Part shown: in pieces, positions 1-12,214 of the stretch
Position numbering within the stretch: the stretch's first letter is position 1
Layout of the letters: each line of letters begins with the position of its first letter
DNA from: Calcarisporiella thermophila CBS 279.70
Lineage: Eukaryota; Fungi; Calcarisporiellomycota
Assembly: GCF_041956535.1 (NCBI RefSeq)
Contig: NW_027192199.1
Span: forward strand, 310,001 to 374,000
Direction: 5' to 3'
DNA: 64,000 nucleotides
The notes under the pieces: model-generated
The model's input: the letters and a program-made list of their open reading frames with translations, nothing else
Database searches by the model: none
What the model was told of the DNA's origin: nothing
Translations under genes and position numbers: made by a program

Positions 1-233
1 CAATAAACCGCCCTGGTTCATTTCTGTTTCCATCACGGATGTGGAGAAATGAAATCCCGTTTAACCTTATATTTTCGGCCTTGGGCTGGTTTTTCTTTCC
101 TGCCGAAATTCGCGATTCTCTTCATCCCATTCCCCCCCCCCCCCCGACTCTCCCCCTCCCGCGCGCATCCCCCCTCCCCCCCTCCCCCCTATATCCTATT
201 AATGTTACCCCGCGCATCTACCCTCCTAGCATA

Positions 234-1813
234 ATGGGAAGCCAGATTTCCCAGCTGAATAAAAAGGCAAAGTCCAAGTGCAAGTCCGCCTCATCATCGT
301 CCGGAATCCGAGCGGTCTCCTCCTCCATCATCCCGGGCTCTTCCCGGCGCTCCATCCCCGCCTACCTCCTTCCCACCAAGCACGATGAGAAGTCCATTCT
401 TGAGCTGCGCAAGCGTGCGGATCACGAGCTGATGAAGAAGAAGCTCCAGAGGCGGGGCCGCGATACCGAGCCGGAGGAGGAGCGGCACAAGGACAGCTCC
501 GGGCTCAAATTTCGCGAGGGGAGAAGCTACGTAGAGGGGCAGGCCTATCTCTTCCCCATCGACGAGGAAGACGCAATCCGTCTGGTGCACGAATACTACA
601 CATTTAGGGCAATCCTTGGATGGTGCGGCTCCTCTCTCTTCCCCTTCCCAACTCCCGTTGCCTTGCGCCGATGGCTGCTAACCGCTCTTTCTCTCTCTCC
701 TCTCCGTAGCAACTTCTTTGCCCCGATAGAAGAACGCCTGCGGAACGGCTGCAAGGTCTTGGACGTTGGGTAGGTATTTGTCATGTTTGCCGCCTCTCGG
801 CCCCTGTCTCATGCGTATCCCCCTTCTCTCCCATCCAGCTGTGGGCCGGGACTATGGTTGCTGGTGAGTTTCGACCCTCCTCTTGCCTCTGCTTGCCGGA
901 AGAAAAGATGATGAAAAGGATAACCAACTCTTCGATGTGACTTCCCTTTGCTCGGTTGAACTCTCTTTCTAGGATATGGCCAAGGAATACCCCAGCTCGG
1001 AGTTCGTTGGAATCGACGTGCACTCGCTCATGTTCCCTAAAGAGATCCCCCCAAACTGTCGGTTCGAGGTGGTCGATGTGCTCAAGCCTCTGCCCTATGC
1101 CGACGAGGAGTTCCACTTTGTCCACCAGCGTAATATGATGACGGGTAGATTCCATTGAGGTTGCTGTTGGTTTCGCCTCCGCTAAAATTCTCTCCCTCCC
1201 CCCCTCTCTCCGCTAGCGGTCCCCAAAGAAAACTGGCAAAACGTGGTCAAGGAGCTCGCCCGCGTGACCGAGGTGAGCGGCTGGCTGCAGCTGATTGAAG
1301 GGGACATGGGCATGGAGCCCATAGGCCCGGTCACCGAGCAGCTGCTTTTTAAAGGTGAGAGTGTGCTCCATCCCCCCCCCCCCCCACCTTCCCTGGGTGC
1401 ATACCAGGCCCTGGCTGACCCTCTAAGTCTGCCTTGAATCTAAAGTGTGTCACGCAATCATGGCGCGCGGCCTCGACCCCCACGTCGGCCGCTCCATCGA
1501 CCGCCTACTCTCCAACTGCTCTACCGATGCCCTCGAGTTTTTCTGTCTTTCGGTGCCGGCGTCGGACTGGGGCCGTGAAGTCGGGCAACTTTTAAAACAA
1601 GACGTCCAGATGATCTTGGCGACATGGCGCCCATGGCTTGCTCACGTCATGGGGATGGAGGAGGCGGAATACGATAACATGGCCAGCAAATTCATTCTCG
1701 AGTTGAACGAATATCGAACCACCTTGTCCATCTATGTTGCCTACGCGCGCAAAACCGCCCCAGATTCCACGGCACCTGTCCCGGCGGAAAGCCAGGAGTT
1801 GGCACGGGAATGA
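234..1813 (+). CDS. Class I SAM-dependent methyltransferase (LaeA/Methyltransf_23-25-like), multi-exon
   Basis: Spliced exons give YLFPIDEEDAIRL, KVLDVG/CGPG motif I, MAKEYPSSEFVGID, LPYADEEFHFVHQR and ELARVTEVSGWLQLIEGD. The N-terminus MGSQIS plus a basic stretch resembles a myristoylation motif. Confidence 0.85.
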
Positions 1814-2727
1814 ACATAATTTATTCTGCCTTGACAATGACTACATGTACATCGCTCTGTTTTTTTTTGGTTTATTTTTCCTACTTCCACCTGTATCATA
1901 TTTCCTTTCCTCTATCTCCCTCTGCTTCCTGCCTTTGCTTTGTCCATCCCCTCCCCCCCCCCCCCCCTTATCCCAATCTGCCCAAATGTGGGGTATAGGA
2001 TAAGCGTTGTTTCGCCGTGCTTTAGATGAGAGACTCTATCTCCGCTATTCGGATGAATGGGCCCCTTTTCTGTTTCCTTTTTCTTCCCCGCCCCCTTCCC
2101 TGTTTTGTCTCATCGATGTATATATGCCATCAGTAATCTCTAGAGAGCTAATTGCTCATATAAACTTGTTACGTGAAGGTTTATCTGGACGCAGAGCCAC
2201 GTGCCTGTATGGAAGACATAAGATCACTTCGGGCCAGGCAGAGGTTAGGCTGAAACCCAGGAGAGGGCGGCGCCCGCTATGTTTCGATGGCCTCATCTGC
2301 AATGACGCTGCCCGTGTTGTCTGATTACGTGCGTGTGTGCCCGTTGGGATTGGAAATGGCAGGGAGGGGTGAGAGATTTCAGCGGCTTAAGAAAACACCC
2401 GAGAAGCCTATCCTCGTTCCCACGGAAAAATGTTGAGGATCTCTCAGTGAGTGGCAGAAGGGGTCTTTGTTTTTCGGACTTTGGCCTCGACTCACCGGCC
2501 CCACGTCATGGGCGCGAGGTTATCTCCGCCTATTTAGCGATGTTGGTTGGCCCATGATTTCGCAAAACTTAAAATTCGAGAGTGGCAACGAGTCGACCGG
2601 CGCGTTTTGCTATGAGGTCGCATGACCGGGCCCAATACGGGCTGAATTTATTAGACACGCGAACCTCGTCCCCTCCCTTTCTCCTCGCCTACTTGTCTCC
2701 TCCCTTCCTCATCCCCCATCAGTCGCC

Positions 2728-5652
2728 ATGAAAATTGGTGCCATCCTTGGCGCGCTCAGCGCACTCTACTCTCATCTCAATGCTGCGGAGGCCGTGCCCT
2801 TCTTCCAGCATCCTTATGCCCGCTTCGGGAAGCGTGAGCCTAGCTTCAACCCCGAGGAGGTTTTGCTCAGCGTGCCAAGCAATACCACGGCCCGCGAGAA
2901 CCTTTGGTTCTATACGAGCGGCCCCGGCCTTGCAGGAGTGAACCGCACTCAGGCAGAATGGTAACCCGAGCTCGTCTCTCTCCTGTGCTTTTGGAGGCTA
3001 GGATTTGCCTTGGCTAACCGTCATTTTCTTGAGAAAGGACACGCGACAAGTTCAAAGAGTATGGGATCGATGCGGAGATCGTCAGCTATTATCCGCTGCT
3101 CAACTACCCGGTCGACCGACGCCTCGCTATCGTGGAGCCCGCTAATCTGGCGTTCGAAGCCTCCTTGAGGGAGGCCGTCGTCCCCGAGGACCCAACCTCC
3201 GTTATGCAGGATTCAGGTAGGAACATGGCGCGACCCCCTCCCTAGCACTCCATCCGCCTCCCTTTTCCCCCGCCTCTACTCCAGCGTATTTGACTCTTAA
3301 CCTCTTTTCCCCCTCCTCAAAGTTCCCACGTTCCACGGTTTGAGCGCAAATGGGGATGTGACTGCAGAATTGGGTAAGGCTCTTTTCGGGAATGCATTTC
3401 AAAGTGGCACAAAGTTTAACTCCTTGCTGCTGCGCCTTTAATTTTATTCGATCCGCTCTCATCGCGCTCGGAACGCCTATTTTGCACAATCCTTGTTCGC
3501 CTGTCGCGCAGTCTATGTGAACCAGGGCAAATGGGAAGACTTTGAGTGGCTCAAGTCACAGGGCGTCAACGTCACTGGAAAGATATGCATTGCGCGCTAC
3601 GGGGGAGTTATCCGAGGCCTTAAAGTAAGCCACTTGCTGCTCTCCTTCAGTGGCCGCCTGTCATCCTCACGTGCTTTTCAATCCCTCCTGCTCCCCTTTT
3701 CCTTCCCTCTCCTCTAAAGGTTCGCCACTGCCATCTAAATGGAGGGGTTGGCACGCTTATCTATTCCGACCCGGCCGACGATGGGCCCGTCGGCAAAAAG
3801 GAATCACCCTCGCCCTATCCCAACGGCCCATGGCGAAACAAGGACTCAGTGCAGCGTGGTTCGGTGGGCTACATTATGTTTGGGCTAGGTGACCCGCTTA
3901 CTCCTGGGGGTATGTGAACATAGCACTGTCGAAGCTCCTTGACCACACAGTTTATTTGTTAAAAACAAATACTTCTATTGTAATAGTACCGGCGACCAAG
4001 GACGCCCAGCGAATCCCAGCCGAGAACAACCCTGTATTGCCACAGATACCCAGCTTGCCAATCTCATGGGGAGACGCCGAGCCTCTGCTGAAAAGTTTAG
4101 AGGGTCATGGCGTCAACGTCGAGAACCCTGCGGCACCCGGCTGGAAAGGTGGTTTGAACATCACCTACTGGACGGGCCCTTCTCAAGCAAAGATAAACCT
4201 GCGCAACAAGGTCGAATTCAAGACAACGGAGATTTGGAATGTTATCGCAAGGTAACCTGCTGTAGACCCGTGAGAATGCTTGGCCTTCCTATCCTTAACC
4301 CCTCTCTTTTCTACTAGAATCAAGGGTGCCACTGAACCAGACCGGTAAGCTATTTTGATAGCCATTGGGCCTTATGAATGATACTCATAGTACTCTGTGT
4401 TTCGATCCCGATATCCTAAGGGCGGTCATCATCGGGAACCATCGTGATGCCTGGGGCTTCGGCGCGGTTGATCCCCATTCCGGTTCCGCGTCGCTTCTCG
4501 AGATCGGGCGCAGCTTCGGCGAGCTTCTCAAGCGAGGCTGGAAGCCCAAGCGCACCATCGTGTTTGGCTCTTGGGACGCCGAAGAGTACGGAATCATGGG
4601 GAGCACGGAGTGGGTCGAAGACAACCAAAAGTACCTGAGGGAGAGCGCCGTCGCCTATATCAACCTGGACTCCAGTGTGGCGGGGCCGAACTATGAAGTG
4701 GGGGCCGCGCCCATCTTGAGGGACCTGATTCGGTACGCGACGCAAAAGGTCAACGATCCTAAATCGGGCAAAACCGTCTACGAGGCTTGGCAGGCGTACT
4801 CCAATGCAACGGTGGGCGAGCTTGGAGCGGGCAGCGATTTCGGCGCCTTTTTAGATTTTATCGGTGAGCACTCCTTAACCCTCGAACTCAAATGGGTGAA
4901 GGCTTACCTAACTCCTTTGCTCCTTCCCTTCTCTCCTCAGGAATACCCAGCATGGACATGAGCTTCAATGGCAACTACGGGGTGTACCACTCGAATTATG
5001 ACAGCTTCTACTGGATGTCCAAATTTGGAGGTAGGTAGATGGGTTGCGTTCCCTCTGCCCACGTGGATTGGACTAACATTATTCCCCCCCTACTGTAGAC
5101 CCGACCTTCGAGTACATGCCCACTATGAGTAAAATCATCAACCTGATGGCCTATCGGCTCAGTGATTCCGACATCCTCCCCTTCAACGTATCCAATTATC
5201 CACCTGCCCTCCTCTCCTACGTCGACACCCTTGAAAAGCTGGTTAAAAAGTACTCGGATGACGGCGCCGCCAGCCCGCTGAAACTCGACCCCCTCCGGAC
5301 GGCCATCAGCCAGTTCGCCACCGCCATAGACGCGCTTGCAAGCAACGTAACTGCCTTGGAGAACGAGCGCACACAAACCCAAGGAGAGCCAAAGGCCGAT
5401 TGGAGCTCGCGGGTGCAGGCGATCAACCAGCGGCTAATGAACGTGGAGCGTGCGTTCATTGACCAAGAGGGACTGCCCAAACGACCCTGGTTCAAGCATC
5501 AGATCTTCGCCCCCGGGGTTCGCTACGGATACGACGTGCAATTCTTCCCCGCGGTGGCTGACTATGTGGAGGAGAAGAACTGGACCGCCGCGGCCGGTGC
5601 CCTCGAGCGGGTGGTTTCCCTGATTAATGGGGCAGCTGACAAGTTCAAATAA
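2728..5652 (+). CDS. Glutamate carboxypeptidase II-like M28B metallopeptidase (PA, M28 and TfR-dimer domains), predicted secreted
   Basis: Zn-ligand motifs GNHRDAW, GAVDPHSG, SWDAEEYG, YINLD and VYHSNYDS; PA-domain GKICIARYG; C-terminal RPWFKHQIFAPG. Hydrophobic N-terminus followed by KR. About 10 introns. Confidence 0.93.
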
Positions 5653-5868
5653 GGCCGTGGCCCATCTGTCTGTGATTGCGTGGGTTTTGGTCTTTTAGTC
5701 TATGGAGGGATATGGTCTATTTAAATGAAATAAATGCATTCCGAATCTCGTCTGCTTTGGCCAGCATAAAAGTTTATTCTGCCACTGATGGTCACTGTCA
5801 AATTACACAAGCTTGCGTGGAGAAGCACTGATAAGTATAAAAGGAAAAGGCTGTTATGAACAAGATTT

Positions 5869-5913
5869 TGGGGAGGGGAAGGAGGGGGGAGGGGGGAGGG
5901 GGGAGGGGGAGGG
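5869..5913 (+). repeat. G-rich (G3-6A)n tract between convergent genes
   Basis: ggggaggggaaggagggggga... read directly from the sequence. Confidence 0.8.
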
Positions 5914-5933
5914 CCTGCTAATGGAACGAACGA

Positions 5934-8096
5934 CTACAAATCGTTCAAATCGACGTTCAGCTCTGTCTCTGCGATGATGGACTCGTAGCGAGTCAGCGGC
6001 TTGGACAAACCAAGGGCTTTGACTGCGTCCGTGAGCTTCGGTACAGTGCTTTTGAACTTGTAGAATCCCGAGGGGAGGAAATTCGCCGCGGAGGGTGCAG
6101 GGGAACCGATGGCAGGTGATTTCGAAACGTGCAGGATATCTGGAGATGACCCCGCTTGCTTCGACTCCTCACTAGAGAGAGTAGAGGTGAAAAAAAAAGG
6201 AATAGCAGGGTTAGTATACGAGGGCTAGAACGGTCACTCCATTTATTCCTCCACTGACCCCACGACCGTTTTGATTCGCTCCTTCATCTCCCGCTTGAAA
6301 TTTTCCTCCGCCATCCGTATTTCGACGGCGTTTGCCTTGCGGTTACGCGCATTCAATTTTGCATACACATCCTCCGCCCCGCCGCTGCCCACCTTCTTTT
6401 CCGCCACTATGTTCTTGAGATGCTCTATTCGCTCCTGGTACTCGCGAGCTTTTTCCATGTCACCCTGAGCAAGTGCAAGGTCGCGCTGCCGAATGAGCTC
6501 TGTCTTCTCAAAGACCAAATTCTTACCCACCACCCCCAGCCTCTCCTTTTGTTTGATGATCTCGGCGATGTCCTCCTGCAAATCAAATGGATGCAATTGA
6601 AACGATCCACCAAGGAAGAAGCGCCCAAAAATGACCACTTACATCTGTGCGCACGTAGTTAAAGGCCTTTTCCAAATCCTTGCGTTTTCGTTCGACGTGT
6701 TCAACTGTGGTGGGCTTAATCCTATCCTCCTGGCACTGCCATCGAAGACGGTTATACTCACGCTACACATTTATATATGGAATTAGCACCTGGGCAGGAT
6801 AGGGAGGAGCGAGCGGGCCATTACCTCGGTGAAGTTTTGATTTGAAATGATACTCATATTGAAGAGCTTTTCGGCCTTGCCGTGCTTTAGCACGAGATGT
6901 TTATCCGTGCACGTCTTTCCAATCATATATTTGCGTCCACCCTCCTTCACATCAATAATCTGGGCAATCCGGTATACTCCTCCTTGTTTTTCTTTGCTTT
7001 CACCAAGCAAGACTCGAACAAAGCACCCTGGGCGTCGTAGGAAATGGTAAATAGGGGTGACAAAAAAAGGCGTAAAGTAATAACAAAGGGACCTACCGAT
7101 AACGGTCTTGTTAAAAAAGGGCAGATACACCCACTCCTCCAAACGATCTCGCGGAATACGAATAGAATTCAACTCTTCAAGGTTGGCATACCTTCTTTCG
7201 GCCTATTAGACAAATCAAGGGGAGAGGAGAGGATAAGCCCATAACAAGGGCTGATAACGCTATTTCCAAACTTACATCCGAACTCTCCTCTGAATCACTC
7301 TCATCCCTATAGGCAGGTGAAAGTCTACGTCGCGATTCTTGACCAAGCGATTTCCTTGCCTAAGAAAGGGTCCTATACGTTATTGAGGGAGGTTGGGATT
7401 CAAAGGAACCTCATGGATTTTACCTCCTTCTGACTCTTTTCTTCACGCCGTCTCATCAACTCGGGAAGTCCTTTTTTACTAGGTTTCTCTTTAGATCGGT
7501 TTGATTCTAGATATTTAAATATATACAGATAATGATCAGCAAAGTGGTGAAAGGAACAATTAGGGGAGGAAAGGAATTACTTCGCGTTTCATGGCCCGCC
7601 TTCAAATGCTTTTTGACTTCAATCCGATCAAGAACCATTTGACGCTAAATTGGACGGATATGCATTTATGTCAAAATATGAAAATAAAAGTTGGCATGAA
7701 CAATATATGTACCTGCTCTAGACGCTCGTTTAAAATCTGTTCTCTCTCCAACTCTGGCAATGCCTCCAGCCTCATGCGATCTTCTTCATCGCCATAACCA
7801 TCGGGTCCATATTTATCTAGAATAGCTTCATCCTCCTTTTCTGAGTCGGGATCGGCATTATCCTCCTCCTCATCTTCATTATCTATTTCAACATCTTCAT
7901 TTTCAGAGTAGTAATCGTCTGATTCGTCAGAGTAACTAAGAATTCGTTATGATTAGCATTGAAAGTATAATGGCGGTCACCAAATAAGGGTGTATCACTT
8001 TTTTCTTCGCCGCTTCGCGGATGATCTAGCATCCCTGCGCGATCGCTTTGCTTTACTATTTTCAAGTCGATAATCGTCTTCGTCGTGTGAATCCAT
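5934..8096 (-). CDS. RTF1: Paf1 complex subunit Rtf1 (Plus3 domain), multi-exon
   Basis: Plus3 motifs IRIPRDRLEEW, GCFVRVLLG, VYRIAQI and HGKAEKLFNMSIISNQNFT; HMD-like DEEDRMRLEALPELEREQILNER; C-terminal AKLNARNRKAN. Confidence 0.9.
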
Positions 8097-8412
8097 GGCC
8101 GCGATGTTCTAATGATCTATTTTATGAGAGCAGTATCAAGAGCGAAGGAGCGATAAATGTGGAAAAATTCCAAGCCACCCGTTGTCGTCGACCAGAAATA
8201 AAACTCGATCCTGTAGAACCCTTTTTCCTCCTCTTTTTTTCCTTCACATTTTTACGACCAAGGTAAGCATCACTAGCATGCAGTGGCATCCATCCATCCA
8301 TCGATCGGACTAGCCCTTTAACTCATCCATCCATTCTATTTTGTCTTGCATCCATAGTCGTCTTTAAATTCCACTGCAAGGAGCCCCTTGAACACAACAA
8401 AACAAACCAAAG

Positions 8413-9427
8413 ATGTCAAAGGGAGACGGCCCACACAAGAAACAAGAATACTTCAACAAGCTCCGCAGGCTTGTGGAGGAGTACGAATGCATCTTCGTCG
8501 TCAATGTTGACAACGTCGGCTCGAACCAGATGCACGAGATCCGTCGCAGTCTCCGTGGTGAGGCTGTCGTTCTCATGGGTAAGAACACCATGGTGCGCCG
8601 TGTGATCAAGCTCATGTTGAATGACTTCCCTCAGCTCGAGAAGCTGCTTCCTTTCGTCAAGGGCAACATCGGTTTTGTCTTCACCAACGGAGACCTTAAG
8701 AACGTCCGCGAGAAGCTCGTCAGCAACCGTGTATGTATTTTATTGAAGAATGAAGAAGGCGAATACAATGCATAAGAATACTAACCTCACTCTCTGTCTC
8801 TAGGTTGCTGCACCCGCTCGTGCTGGTGCTCTTGCCCCGGTTGATGTCGTTGTGCCCGCCGGTAACACTGGTATGGAGCCCGGTAAGACCTCCTTCTTCC
8901 AGGCCCTCGGTATCCCCACCAAGATTGCCCGTGGTACCATTGAAATCGTGAACGACGTTCACTTGATCAAGAACGGTCAGAAGGTCGGTCCCTCTGAGGC
9001 CACCCTCCTCAACATGATGAACATCTCGCCCTTCACCTACGGTATGACCGTCAACCAGGTGTACCAGGCCGGTACCGTGTTCCCCCCCTCCATCCTCGAC
9101 ATCACCGAGGACTCGCTTGTCGAGAAGTTCATGCAGGGAGTCACCAACATTGCCTGCGTTTCCCTCGCCCTCAACTTCCCCACCATCGCCTCCGTGCCCC
9201 ACTCCATCGCCAATGGATACAAGAACTTGTTGGCCGTGTCCGTTGCCACCGATTTCACCTTCGAGGGTGCTGAGCAGATCAAGGCTTTCCTTGCCGATCC
9301 CTCTGCCTTTGTTGTGGCTGCCGACACCTCGGCTGCTGCTGCCTCTGAGGCTGCCCCTGCTGCCGCTGCTAAGGAGGAAGAGGAGGAGGAGGAGGATGAC
9401 GACATGGGCTTCGGTCTGTTCGACTAA
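8413..9427 (+). CDS. RPP0: 60S acidic ribosomal protein P0 (uL10); one coding intron near 8731-8802 and a probable 5'UTR intron near 8262-8358
   Basis: [41 protein letters not shown] and the C-terminal [14 protein letters not shown]; strong codon bias. Confidence 0.98.
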
Positions 9428-9650
9428 AGTGTTGAATTCTCTTCTCGTGTGTGTATTCTCATAATGAAAATACAAAATAAATAACACATTTTCTATACAC
9501 ACATGCATCTACATGAATGGCTGGGAATTCCATCTCCCTTAGTGTCTTCAAATTTGATTTAAAACACTGGTACACAATTTGCTTGAATATTCAAAAACAA
9601 AAAGTCGTTTGTGACTATTTTTCACTTGGCTTCCCAAGGTAATCTGGCTC

Positions 9651-10393
9651 ATGTTTTCTCGCTGCGCTCTTTCCCATCGCACGCGCCTACCCCTTAAATC
9701 TGCCTTCCCGTCATGCAAGACGCTCTATGCGGTTTCCTTGCGCCGCGTGTCAACAACTAATAGTGACAAAAGGGAGCTGATCTTCGAATCGCCTAATGGA
9801 AACGGGGTACGCTTAATTAAAATGTTCTCTGTGTCGGCGACAGGTATGTCGCTCGTCGCCACCCCTTTCACTCTACAATACCCTGAGTTGAGTAAGTTTT
9901 CCGAAAACTTTTCCTCTTTTCATCCGAATTTCAGCAATCCGAACTTTTCTTAGTGCAAAGCGCCGGCATCAGCTCCACCATGCTTTTCGGGGCTCTTTTT
10001 GCCAGCATCTGCTCCACAACTCTTCTCCACACGTTCCTGAGTCCCTATGTTCTCCGCATCTACCTGCAATATAATCCTTCGGCGCGAATACCCGCGCCTC
10101 CCTCCTCTACCCCGCCCGAGTCCATCCCTCCCCTTGCACCCAACACCATCATCACCCTTCAAACCCCCGGGTTTGCAGGGGGGATCAAAGCGACCACAGT
10201 GCGATTGAGAGACCTGACGTTCGGCAGCTCGCTTTTGACGTGGAGAGTCAAAAGCGACGTCGTGGAGGATCCACAGTTCGCTAGGCAGATTGTCCAGGAG
10301 AAATTTTGGCTAGACGCGCGTGGCGCAAAGGGCGCTCAGCGGTTAAGGCAGTTGGTGGACATCATCAAGGAGGCAGGAGGAGCCGAGAGTTAG
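9651..10393 (+). CDS. TMEM70/TMEM186-like mitochondrial inner-membrane protein, 2 exons
   Basis: Arg/Ser-rich presequence, then VRLIKMFSVS, two hydrophobic segments and TTLLHTFLSPYVLRIY. Confidence 0.65.
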
Positions 10394-10726
10394 AAGGCCC
10401 TGCCTCTCGGGTGTAAACAAACGTATCATAGAAATAATATAGCAATCATGGTGATCCTTTTGAGTTTGTTTTCATTTTTGGAGCAGCAACACGGTTCTAC
10501 TCGTTATCTCTAACGATAGACATGCAAACAACTTTGTTTGATTAGTAAAAAGGCAACATGACAAGTGGTGAAGCTATTAGAGTGGCAATGCAAATAAAAA
10601 AGAAGTGACGAGATATAGAAAGGCCGTATGATTAATTTTAAAACGTGGTCTGATATTGGACAGTCGAATATATATATATATAAAGGTCTAGCATTGTGGG
10701 AGAAAAAAAAAGTAGCCTTAAACCTA

Positions 10727-11228
10727 TTAGCTGAATCCGCCGCAATTTTGTCGGTTCTCGCCGCAAAGCTGCAGGCTCATCATGTTGATGCCCCGTGAGC
10801 TCGAATATGCTCCAGCTCCAGGGAAAAACCAGTGTTCGCCCTTTTGACAGTTGGGCTTGCTATAAAGGACGAGCTTGTAATTGCCAACGATTTCTGCAGC
10901 TTTAACCGTGACAGGTTGTTGCACATTGGCGCAACCCTCTTGATCGGACGTAACTAAAAAGAAAATGAACAAATTTGAATCCATCTTCGAATACTGGAGA
11001 TATCACTAGGGAAGTAGATCCGTTCAATAACCCATCGAACATACCTGTGGCGACCGCTTTTTGCATGGTGATATCATTGAAAAGCGATATTCTAACTTTG
11101 TTTGCAGTTTGTTTAATGGGCTTCTGGGCAGGCTGCTGAGCAAGCGCTTTTTGGGCTCCTTTGCGCTGAGCGGCCACTTCGTGGATAAGTGCAATGCAAC
11201 AAATAAATAGCAAAATCGAGAAACGCAT
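10727..11228 (-). CDS. Small secreted Cys-containing protein, beta/gamma-crystallin-like (killer-toxin/I36-like) pattern; intron 10954-11044
   Basis: Signal peptide MRFSILLFICCIALIHEVAA; an in-phase GT-AG intron; mature GCANVQQPVTVKAAEIVGNYKLVLYSKPNCQKG...SLQLC...C. Confidence 0.6.
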
Positions 11229-12214
11229 TAATGATTTAAGGAACGGCAAAAGGAAAAGCACAAAAAGGAGGAGGAAAATAAAGGAATGATGCTTATTGCA
11301 ATTGAGAAAAGAAAAAAGAAAAATATTAGATATACAAAGTAAGCTTCGTGCTAATCTCATTAATCCTCCTCCAGTGATTGTGGAAATTAACCCAATCCGG
11401 TTTTATGAACTGTAGCTTGTAAATTATTGGCAGATTCTTGATAATTCAAACTATCTGTATAAGGATGATAAAGATCACATTCATTAGAAAAAAGCACATT
11501 TATATGCAATTGTGAACAGCCAAGGCGCACACATATTCAGCCATATAAGTGAATGAAGTATTGGCCCTCTCCCCATTCCCTTAATTCTCTTCTTATATTC
11601 CCCATGGCATATACAGGAGGGCTTATGGAAATTAAAAGATGGAAGCGTGGAGTAAAATTATGTGTCAAAGTCGAATAGCCTTGAAGTATAGCGTAGAGAC
11701 GTTTCGAAATAATAGGGTGTACGGAAATTTTCTAAATATAAGAATATGAGGCATTAAAAACGTACATTAGACTTGAAAAAGGTGACATAAGAGTCGCTTC
11801 CTAATGACCTATAATTAAATCAACTTTTCAATTTCCTTCTATATTTGGAATAGTCCCATGATTTCACAATTCCACTTCCTAGATTAAATGGAAATTCGAT
11901 AGACTAAGTTTAAAACTCTACACTGGTTCAAGGCAAAAATACGGCATCGCCAATGAAAGTCGCAAGAATTTCCTAGAGACTCTCCTGACAGCTTTCGCTC
12001 AAGCGAATTCTTACACGAGGTTAGTTGAAGTGTCCAATATCCAATAGCCAATAAACCTTTCGATCTACAATTGCTAGCTTATTGAGAATATTATTGTTTA
12101 TTGGTAAAGAGATAAAGAAGCTTAACACAGCTTTAAAAAAAAATACCCATAAGAAATCTATTGGATTTTCTACATAATCATTATTTATTCGTTTTATTGT
12201 ATACTAACTTTTCA

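Noticed and set aside
8720-9508. 262-aa antisense ORF over RPP0
   Set aside because: Typical antisense shadow of a highly codon-biased gene.
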